This document shows, piece by piece, positions 56,998 through 64,000 of a DNA stretch of 64,000 bases. The notes under the pieces are model-generated. The model was not told the origin of the DNA, did no database searches, and worked only from the letters and a program-made list of their open reading frames with translations. The DNA comes from an uncultured Geobacteraceae bacterium (lineage in GTDB: Bacteria > Desulfobacterota > Desulfuromonadia > Desulfuromonadales > Geopsychrobacteraceae): positions 21,367 through 85,366 of the forward strand of contig CALFFB010000009.1 in NCBI GenBank assembly GCA_937958075.1, in the 5' to 3' direction. The position numbers were made by a program, and so were the translations under genes. Numbering within the stretch: the stretch's first letter is position 1; each line of letters begins with the position of its first letter.

Positions 56998-58058
56998 TGT
57001 CCAAGCTCGTTATTCTCTTTCTGTTGTGGGTCCTGGGGGCACCGTTGTCGGTCAGCGCCGGACAGATCAATGCCTTTATCTATCATCGTTTCGATGATGA
57101 TAGATACCCGTCGACCAATATTTCTCTCAAGGTGTTCGAAGAGCAGTTGCGCTATGTGCGGCAGAACAAGCTGACGGTTGTTTCAGTGGATGATGTTGCC
57201 CGGCGTATTACCGAAGGCAAGCCGCTGCCGGAAGAGGGCATTCTGCTGACCGTCGATGATGCGTACAGCAGCTTCTATGATGCTGCCCTGCCTGTTATCA
57301 GGCGTTACGGGGTGCCGGTGACCCTCTTTGTTAATACGGATGCCGTAGGCACGCCGGGCTATATGTCCTGGGACGAGATCGGTGAAGCTGTCGATGCCGG
57401 TGTTGAGCTCGGCAACCATACCGCCAGCCATGCTTATCTCGTTGAGCTGGCTGAGGACGAAACCCGCGCTCAGTGGCATCAGCGGGTTCGTGCCGATATC
57501 CTCAAGGCGCAGGCGGCCTTTGAACGGGAACTCGGGATGCGTCCAGAGGTTTTTGCCTACCCCTACGGGGAATATTCTGTTGAGGTGACATCCCTGTTGA
57601 AGGAGTTGGGCTTTGTCGCCGCCTTCGCTCAGCAGTCAGGCGTTATTGTCGACGGGCACGATCCTTTTATCCTGCCCCGTTTTCCCATGGGCGGACCCTA
57701 TGCCACCCTTGATGAGTTCACGTCAAAAGCCGCGATGAAGGCCCTGAAGGTTGAGCAGCAGCAGCCCGTCAATCCGGTTCTGGCCCCCGGAGAGGATAAT
57801 CCTCCCGTGCTGGTGTTGAGATTGCCGGAAATGGCGGGGGAAAAAGCTGTCTTGAATTGTTTTGTTCAGGGAGATAACCGCTGTCACGTGGAAATGCTGC
57901 CGGAAAAAGGGGAGGGGTGGTATCGGGTTGTGGCGGAGTCTCGGTTGTCGGGACGACGCAACAAATACACCTTGACCGGTCAGGATACCGACGGCAGGTG
58001 GCTTTGGTTCAGCCAGCTGTGGATCAACGCGACCAACCCGGTATCATCCGAGCCCTGA
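56997..58058 (+). CDS. Secreted polysaccharide deacetylase (NodB-homology) family protein
   Basis: Signal peptide MSKLVILFLLWVLGAPLSVSAG. NodB-like segments FIYHRF, LLTVDDAYSSFYD..LPVIRRYGVPVTLFV, GNHTASH and AYPYGEY. ATG shares one base with the RSH stop. Confidence 0.8.
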   Translation: MSKLVILFLLWVLGAPLSVSAGQINAFIYHRFDDDRYPSTNISLKVFEEQLRYVRQNKLTVVSVDDVARRITEGKPLPEEGILLTVDDAYSSFYDAALPVIRRYGVPVTLFVNTDAVGTPGYMSWDEIGEAVDAGVELGNHTASHAYLVELAEDETRAQWHQRVRADILKAQAAFERELGMRPEVFAYPYGEYSVEVTSLLKELGFVAAFAQQSGVIVDGHDPFILPRFPMGGPYATLDEFTSKAAMKALKVEQQQPVNPVLAPGEDNPPVLVLRLPEMAGEKAVLNCFVQGDNRCHVEMLPEKGEGWYRVVAESRLSGRRNKYTLTGQDTDGRWLWFSQLWINATNPVSSEP

Positions 58059-59036
58059 TCAGCGAAGCTGCGCCTGTGCCAGTTCCTCCAGGTTGTTGAA
58101 AAGAATCATCGACTGGATTTCAGCTACATATTCCTCGCCACGGGTCGAATAGTTCAACAGCCCCTGTGCAAGGGTCAATCCGTCAGGATCCTTGCCCTTC
58201 TGTCTCAGTGTCGCGCGCATCTGCCGAAATTCCCGATAGGCATGATGGGTGTTGAGATTATTGGCGTAAGAACGTACGGAATCGTAAATTGTTGGAAAAC
58301 TTTTGACCTCGTAGGTTTCCCCTTCCGGCCGATTTTCCGGAACAACGCCCCGACCGGGAACAAAGGTCCATTGACCGAAGAGGTTGTTGGCTTCCCTGGT
58401 AAAACGTGATCCCCCCCAGCCCGACTCATTGGCTGCCTGTGCCAGTGCCAGATCAACAGGAATGATATCGATGCGGCGAGAAAGCAGGTGCAACAGGGAG
58501 GTCAGCTCGTTGTCGTCTACCTCCAGGCGATACCGGGCTGCGAGTCTTTTCAGCTGCTGATACTGCTCCGGATCAAGTTCCCCTCTGGTTTTAAAGTGAT
58601 GTTGCAGGGCGGCAAGCTGCTTTCGTTCGTCAAGGATTTCTTCGTTGACCATTAAAATCAGGGGCAGCATGATCTTGAAAAAGATGCGCTTGCGCTGTTC
58701 TGTTTCACTGATGTCAGCCAGGTTGTCCGGTATTTTTTCCACGACGACCGGCGGCACCCCTTGATCATTCAGGTGAGCCAGGTGATATTCCAAACGGGTA
58801 AAGGCCTGTTGCACGGCCATATAGTCCGATTCTCTGACAATCTGAGCCGGCGGAGGCTCGGTGCCCTTTTCGTCGGGACGCTCGGTGCAGTTGGTCAGCA
58901 ACAGGCACATGAGGGTCAGCAGGGTTATGATGTTTTTCAAACGCAAACTGAGGCTCCCAAATAGCTCGATTTTTCCGCAACTCTTGATAGACAAATTCCG
59001 AAGGCGCTTTATAATCGGTATTTCATCGATTGTCAA
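58059..59036 (-). CDS. Glucosaminidase-domain protein (Bax/FlgJ-like), probable lipoprotein
   Basis: LALAQAANESGWGGSRFTREANNLFGQW is the mannosyl-glycoprotein endo-beta-N-acetylglucosaminidase signature. Lipobox-like LLLTNC near the N-terminus. Exact start uncertain. Confidence 0.8.
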   Translation of the reverse strand: MTIDEIPIIKRLRNLSIKSCGKIELFGSLSLRLKNIITLLTLMCLLLTNCTERPDEKGTEPPPAQIVRESDYMAVQQAFTRLEYHLAHLNDQGVPPVVVEKIPDNLADISETEQRKRIFFKIMLPLILMVNEEILDERKQLAALQHHFKTRGELDPEQYQQLKRLAARYRLEVDDNELTSLLHLLSRRIDIIPVDLALAQAANESGWGGSRFTREANNLFGQWTFVPGRGVVPENRPEGETYEVKSFPTIYDSVRSYANNLNTHHAYREFRQMRATLRQKGKDPDGLTLAQGLLNYSTRGEEYVAEIQSMILFNNLEELAQAQLR

Positions 59037-59085
59037 TTTTACCGCAGTTTCTCTTGATTAAAATCTCAACAGCAGGATTTCACTG

Positions 59086-59505
59086 ATGAAACATTATCGC
59101 AAAGAACTTTTCCTCGAAATTCCATCACGCCGCGGTTTTGTCAATATCACCGACGAAGTCATGGTCTGTCTGCGCCAGAGCGGGATTCAGGAGGGTTTAT
59201 TGCTGTGTAACGCCATGCATATCACGGCAAGCGTTTTTATCAATGATAATGAGTCAGGTCTCCATCGGGACTTCGAACGCTGGCTTGAAGGGCTGGCTCC
59301 CCATGCGCCGATTCATCAATATCGTCACAACGATACCGGCGAAGATAATGCCGATGCCCACCTCAAGCGTACAGTCATGGGGCGTGAGGTCGTCGTTGCC
59401 GTGACCGGCGGTCAACTGGACTTTGGCCCCTGGGAACAGATTTTCTACGGCGAGTTCGATGGGAATCGTAAAAAACGGGTGCTGGTAAAAATTATTGGCG
59501 AATAA
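59086..59505 (+). CDS. yjbQ: YjbQ/UPF0047 family protein (secondary thiamine-phosphate synthase family)
   Basis: 139 aa with [41 protein letters not shown] and [18 protein letters not shown] motifs. Confidence 0.88.
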   Translation: MKHYRKELFLEIPSRRGFVNITDEVMVCLRQSGIQEGLLLCNAMHITASVFINDNESGLHRDFERWLEGLAPHAPIHQYRHNDTGEDNADAHLKRTVMGREVVVAVTGGQLDFGPWEQIFYGEFDGNRKKRVLVKIIGE

Positions 59506-59558
59506 ACAAATTATGGTATGGTGTGAATCTTGAAAAGCCGGGATTTTTGAGGTGATCT

Positions 59559-59723
59559 ATGGAAACAATCAAAACTGCAAGTTTCGAATATCTGATCAGT
59601 CTGGCCAAGGAAAAGCCCGAAGGGGGATATCGCTTTCTGCTTGATGGTGAGGAGTATGACATTGGTGATGTTCTTGAAATTTCAGCGATTGCAACCAGGC
59701 ATGGCTATATCGTGATTTATTAA
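59559..59723 (+). CDS. Unlisted small ORF (54 aa), hypothetical
   Basis: Translated by hand as METIKTASFEYLISLAKEKPEGGYRFLLDGEEYDIGDVLEISAIATRHGYIVIY. GAGG lies 6 nt upstream of the ATG. It ends 24 nt before the ferritin-like gene and is shorter than any ORF on the supplied track. Confidence 0.35.
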   Translation: METIKTASFEYLISLAKEKPEGGYRFLLDGEEYDIGDVLEISAIATRHGYIVIY

Positions 59724-59747
59724 CACAGGATCCAAAGGAGTGATGGA

Positions 59748-60245
59748 ATGACGGACTATGTAAAAGAAGCAGGTGTTGACAAGAACGTCTGCTATACCCT
59801 CGAGGTCGCCCTGGAAAAATCGATTCTGATGGAAGAACGGGCATTCCGTAATCTGTTGCACGCAGTACGGATTGTTGGTGATCGACAGGCTAAAGCCATT
59901 CTGCGCGACGCCGCCAGGGAGGAACTGGGTCATAAGAATCTGATCGAAAATGCCTTGCTCGACGGGCACGACAAAAACGCGTCCACCATGACGGAACCCT
60001 TGCCGAGCATGAATCTTGATTATGTTTTCAAGCAGAAAGAACTATCTCCTGACGCTGACGCCCGGGAATCGCTGGCCTACGCAATCCACCTTGAACAACA
60101 GGCGGTTAAATTCTATCAGGCCCTGATTCACGGCTGCGAAGGGGCGCCGATGATGGATCTGTTCAAGCGTTTAATGGCCGATGAAACACGTCACTTGCGA
60201 ACCCTTGAAGACCTGTACGAAAAAATCTTCATGACGGAAAACTAA
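59748..60245 (+). CDS. Ferritin-like / rubrerythrin-family diiron protein (no rubredoxin domain)
   Basis: Two ExxH motifs in helical halves (REELGHKN; ADETRHLR) with upstream Glu residues (LMEE; HLEQQ). AGGAG RBS. Confidence 0.7.
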   Translation: MTDYVKEAGVDKNVCYTLEVALEKSILMEERAFRNLLHAVRIVGDRQAKAILRDAAREELGHKNLIENALLDGHDKNASTMTEPLPSMNLDYVFKQKELSPDADARESLAYAIHLEQQAVKFYQALIHGCEGAPMMDLFKRLMADETRHLRTLEDLYEKIFMTEN

Positions 60246-60284
60246 CACTGTTTCCGTCGGCAAAAACCCTTCAATTTTTGAAAC

Positions 60285-60317
60285 AGAGGCAATCATTCCC
60301 GGTTGCCTCTTTTTTTT
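60285..60317 (+). terminator. Intrinsic terminator after the ferritin-like gene
   Basis: agaggcaa (60285-60292) pairs with ttgcctct (60303-60310). Seven T residues follow. Confidence 0.7.
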
Positions 60318-60475
60318 ACTGATTGACGCACACACCGTTAAATTGCGATTATCGACTGAAGCAATAGCCTTTTGGCAGGCTCTTTGGCAAAAATAAATTC
60401 ACAATAACAGACCCTTGCAATCCATAAAAAAATCAATTAAGGTATAACAACGTTCTAGTAAAACTGGAGGCGTTT

Positions 60476-60697
60476 ATGGATGTCGATCTGGTCAAGGGTT
60501 TGTTTGCGGTCTATGTTGTCGGCGTGTCGCTGATTCACATGCTCTCGGATGAAGAATCCTATCTGCTGACCATGATGAAGCGCGTCTGGGGGCGAAGCCA
60601 GGGCTTGCTTCTGCATTTTGTGGCCAATGTTCTCATTCCCATGCTCTTTGCTCTGATTTCATTTTCGCGGGGGATCGTATCCATGGCAACCTACTGA
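60476..60697 (+). CDS. Hypothetical small membrane protein (73 aa, two predicted TM helices)
   Basis: GGAGG lies 7 nt upstream. Hydrophobic segments LFAVYVVGVSLIHML and LLLHFVANVLIPMLFALISF. Its own terminator lies downstream. Confidence 0.45.
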   Translation: MDVDLVKGLFAVYVVGVSLIHMLSDEESYLLTMMKRVWGRSQGLLLHFVANVLIPMLFALISFSRGIVSMATY

Positions 60698-60726
60698 ACG
60701 CACTGTTGACAGGCCGTTGTGATAGA

Positions 60727-60759
60727 AACCTGCAGGTCTTGCGATCTGCGGGTTTTTTT
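60727..60759 (+). terminator. Intrinsic terminator after the small membrane protein gene
   Basis: cctgcag (60729-60735) pairs with ctgcggg (60746-60752), including one G-U. TTTTTTT follows. Confidence 0.6.
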
Positions 60760-60783
60760 ATGGTTCACGCAGGCTGGATGGTC

Positions 60784-60813
60784 TTGACAATCTGTTCGGT
60801 GGTTTTTTAGATT
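60784..60813 (+). promoter_or_regulatory. Candidate sigma70-type promoter of htpG
   Basis: TTGACA (60784-60789), 18-nt spacer, TAGATT (60808-60813). No sigma32-type CCCCAT -10 element seen. Confidence 0.3.
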
Positions 60814-60862
60814 ATCAGGTTGTTTGTTTTAACTATAGAAACGGTAACAAAGGAGCCTGGGA

Positions 60863-62701
60863 ATGAGTGAAGATCTGAAAAAAGAAGAGGGGAGTATTTC
60901 AATCCATGCGGAAAACATCTTTCCGATCATCAAAAAATGGCTTTACAGCGACAAGGACATCTTTCTGCGGGAGCTGGTGTCCAATGCGGTTGACGCCATC
61001 CACAAACTGCAGAACGTGAACCTCATCGAAGGATTGCAGATAGCTGACGATTATCGCGTTGACATTCATCTTGACAAGGATGCCGGTACCCTGACCGTCT
61101 CCGATAACGGTATCGGCATGACCGCTGATGAGGTCCGCAGGTATATCAATCAGGTAGCTTTTTCTTCGGCGGAAGATTTTATCGAAAAATTCAAGGATCT
61201 GGATGACAAGAACCAGATTATCGGTCATTTTGGTTTGGGGTTTTATTCCAGTTTCATGGTTGCGGGCAAGGTTGAAATTCTTACCCGCTCTTATCAGTCC
61301 CAGGCGCCGGCGGTGCACTGGGTGTGTGAAGGAACCACCAGCTACAGTCTGGAGGAAACAACCAGGGAGGGTCGTGGTACCGATGTCATCCTGCACCTCA
61401 ATGATGACGAGAAAGAGTTTCTGGAGGCTGCCCATGTCCGCGAGCTGATCAAGAAATATTGCAACTTTTTGCCCGTATCCATCAACCTGGAGGGTTCCGA
61501 GGTTAACGACAAGAACCCCCTGTGGACGAAAAGTGCCACGGACATCAGTGACGACGAATACAAGGAGTTCTATCGCAAGCTGTATCCCCTGTCCGACGAT
61601 CCCCTGTTCTGGATTCACCTGAACATCGACTATCCTTTCAATCTCAAGGGTATTCTCTATTTTCCCCGGCTGACCAACGAGTTCGACGTCACCCGCAGTC
61701 ATATCAATCTGTACTGTAATCAGGTGTTTGTTTCCGACAATACCCCGGAGCTGATCCCTGAATTTCTGACGCCCCTGCAGGGTTGTCTTGACGCTCCTGA
61801 CCTGCCGCTGAATGTGTCCCGCAGTTATTTGCAGAATGAGCCCCAGGTCCGGAAAATCCGGGAGGTGATCAGCGGTCGTGTCGCATCAAAGATTGTCGAG
61901 CTGGCCAAAAAAGACCAGGAAGCTTTTACCCCCATCTGGGAGGACATCCATTCCTTTGTCAAATACGGCATGATGCGCGACGACAAGTTCTATGACAAAG
62001 TCAAGGACCAGGTGATTTATCGGGCGACGGGGGAAATGCGCTACACGACTCTGCCGGACTATCTGGAGCGTGCTAAAGACAAGCATGAGAACAAGGTTTA
62101 CTATGCCAACGACGAGGGGGCTCAGGCGACCTACCTGAAACTGTTCAAATCACAGGGGCTGGAAGCGCTGATTCTCGATGCGATGATCGATAATCATTTT
62201 ATCCAGTTTCTGGAAAGCAAGAATCAGGATCTGAAGTTCGAGCGGGTCGATTCGGATATCACGGAAAATCTGCTGGAGCATGATGCAACCAAAAAAATTG
62301 TGTCCGGCCCGGATAACACGACCAAGGAGGAGCGCATTGAAAAACTCTTCAAGGAACAGCTTGATATCAAGGGGCTCCACATTCGGGTTGAAACCCTCAA
62401 GGACGAATCGGTTCCGGGAATGATCCTGCTCAATGAACAGTCGCGCCGATTCAAGGAGATGACGCGGATGATGGGCAAGGGGGATATGCCCGATCTCTTT
62501 TCCGATCATACTTTGATGGTCAATACCGCAAGCCCGGCGGTAACGAAATTGTTGTCACTGGATGACGAGAACAAAACCGAAACGGCGAGCATGCTGATCA
62601 ACCAGATCTATGATCTGGCCATGTTGTCCCATCAGACCTTGAGTAAAGAGCGAATGGCGGCATTTACCGAGCGCAGCGGCAAGCTGCTGGGGATGATCTG
62701 A
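60863..62701 (+). CDS. htpG: Molecular chaperone HtpG (Hsp90)
   Basis: LYSDKDIFLRELVSNAVDA, DNGIGMT and IGHFGLGFYSSFMVA (GHKL ATPase), followed by middle and C-terminal domains. 612 aa. Confidence 0.97.
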   Translation: MSEDLKKEEGSISIHAENIFPIIKKWLYSDKDIFLRELVSNAVDAIHKLQNVNLIEGLQIADDYRVDIHLDKDAGTLTVSDNGIGMTADEVRRYINQVAFSSAEDFIEKFKDLDDKNQIIGHFGLGFYSSFMVAGKVEILTRSYQSQAPAVHWVCEGTTSYSLEETTREGRGTDVILHLNDDEKEFLEAAHVRELIKKYCNFLPVSINLEGSEVNDKNPLWTKSATDISDDEYKEFYRKLYPLSDDPLFWIHLNIDYPFNLKGILYFPRLTNEFDVTRSHINLYCNQVFVSDNTPELIPEFLTPLQGCLDAPDLPLNVSRSYLQNEPQVRKIREVISGRVASKIVELAKKDQEAFTPIWEDIHSFVKYGMMRDDKFYDKVKDQVIYRATGEMRYTTLPDYLERAKDKHENKVYYANDEGAQATYLKLFKSQGLEALILDAMIDNHFIQFLESKNQDLKFERVDSDITENLLEHDATKKIVSGPDNTTKEERIEKLFKEQLDIKGLHIRVETLKDESVPGMILLNEQSRRFKEMTRMMGKGDMPDLFSDHTLMVNTASPAVTKLLSLDDENKTETASMLINQIYDLAMLSHQTLSKERMAAFTERSGKLLGMI

Positions 62702-62725
62702 CAATAGCTGCCGATCTTTATGTGA

Positions 62726-62754
62726 GACAAGGGGCTGTTTTGCAGCCCCTTGTC
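62726..62754. terminator. 12-bp perfect hairpin between convergent htpG and trmL
   Basis: gacaaggggctg (62726-62737) pairs with cagccccttgtc (62743-62754) around a 5-nt loop. The flanking T-run is weak. Confidence 0.55.
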
Positions 62755-62767
62755 ATTTGAATGACCA

Positions 62768-63256
62768 TCAATCGACAAGTTGACCGGTCTGGCGCAACGC
62801 TTCATAGAGGACAATAGCGGTGGCGTTTGCCAGGTTCAGACTTCTGACCGCATCTGAAAAAATGGGAATACGAATCGCTCTGTCGCCGGCCGCGTCAAGG
62901 ATCTCGTCCGGCAGGCCAAGGGTTTCCTTCCCGAAAACAAGAAAATCCCCTGGTTCAAAAGACACATTGGTAAAGGTGCTTCGTGCTTTTTTTGAAGTAA
63001 ACCAGAAGCGACCGTCACCGTGCTCCTGTTGCAGTTGGGCAAAGGATTCCCAGCGCTTCAGTTTGACCTCCGGCCAGTAATCAAGTCCGGCCCGCCTTAA
63101 TTGTTTGTCGTCCAGAGAAAACCCGAGTTTTCCCACCAGATGCAGAAAACTGCCGGTGGCCGCGCATAAGCGGCCGATATTGCCGGTATTCGGTGGAATT
63201 TCAGGCTCGATAAGAACAATGTGGAAGGGCTGATTTTTCATATCCCAGTCGTTCAT
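62768..63256 (-). CDS. trmL: tRNA (cytidine(34)/uridine(34)-2'-O)-methyltransferase TrmL (SpoU family)
   Basis: FHIVLIEPEIPPNTGNIGRLCAATG..LHLV, LDYW and SLNLANATAIVLYEALRQ motifs. About 160 aa. Confidence 0.9.
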   Translation of the reverse strand: MNDWDMKNQPFHIVLIEPEIPPNTGNIGRLCAATGSFLHLVGKLGFSLDDKQLRRAGLDYWPEVKLKRWESFAQLQQEHGDGRFWFTSKKARSTFTNVSFEPGDFLVFGKETLGLPDEILDAAGDRAIRIPIFSDAVRSLNLANATAIVLYEALRQTGQLVD

Positions 63257-63265
63257 TCACATATT

Positions 63266-63302
63266 AAAAGCCTGGACAGGTCGGCAACCTATCCAGGCTT
63301 TT
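63266..63302 (-). terminator. Intrinsic terminator after metY
   Basis: aaaagcctgga (63266-63276) pairs with tccaggctttt (63292-63302). On the minus strand the stem is followed by a U-run. Confidence 0.65.
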
Positions 63303-63323
63303 AATATTAATTATTGGTTGATG

Positions 63324-64000
<677 letters not shown>

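Noticed and set aside
60371-60390. A sigma54-like TGGCAG-N-TTGGCA upstream of the 73-aa membrane protein gene.
   Set aside because: The GG to GC spacing is one nucleotide longer than the strict -24/-12 spacing, and the -12 element reads TTGG rather than TTGC. No enhancer-binding protein gene is nearby.

Overview
This 64-kb window is almost entirely conserved core genome from a moderately GC-rich bacterium. The ThiH-type anaerobic thiazole pathway, PAS/MCP signalling genes, DivIVA and a Firmicute-style nusA-ylxR-infB-ylxP-rbfA block suggest an anaerobic Desulfuromonadales/Geobacter-like organism, but that is inference only. Gene order on the + strand unless noted: nusA (5' partial), ylxR/L7Ae fusion, infB, DUF503, rbfA, nrnA, truB, rpsO, pnp, dut, ybeD-like, tsaC. 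Then secG and tRNA-Leu(GAG) on the minus strand, two tandem XRE-cupin regulators, ihfB, a gamma-CA-like protein, a cNMP-binding protein, tRNA-His, tRNA-Leu(TAG), and tig-clpP-clpX-lon-hup. Next come tRNA-Asp x2 and tRNA-Val, then an orphan REC-ANTAR regulator (minus) divergent from an MCP, a PAS histidine kinase and two small ORFs. A TPP-riboswitch-controlled thiF-thiS-thiG-thiH-thiE operon (minus) follows, then DAHP synthase (minus), yggT-divIVA-DUF167, a TonB-dependent receptor, FmdB, folD, TonB (minus), pta, ftsE-ftsX-envC-ctpA-yibQ, xseA, and xseB-ispA-dxs. The last part holds a stand-alone Pta-N-terminal-like protein, lipB, an SDR, an HDOD protein, tlyA, HIT, a SpoT-like RSH with degenerate synthetase motifs, a polysaccharide deacetylase, a glucosaminidase (minus), yjbQ, a ferritin-like protein, htpG, trmL (minus) and metY (minus, partial). 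I saw no CRISPR array, transposase, integrase, phage module or recognisable defence genes, and I do not see a convincing wholly novel system. The best candidates for a second look are: (1) the ANTAR regulator / 504-bp structured intergenic region / MCP / kinase cluster; (2) the hydrolase-only-looking RSH translationally coupled to a secreted deacetylase; (3) the tandem XRE-cupin pair with repeat motifs upstream; (4) a perfect 24-bp hairpin upstream of tlyA; (5) a split Pta architecture. All family calls come from motif recognition by eye on the supplied translations. No database search, HMM or RNA folding was run.
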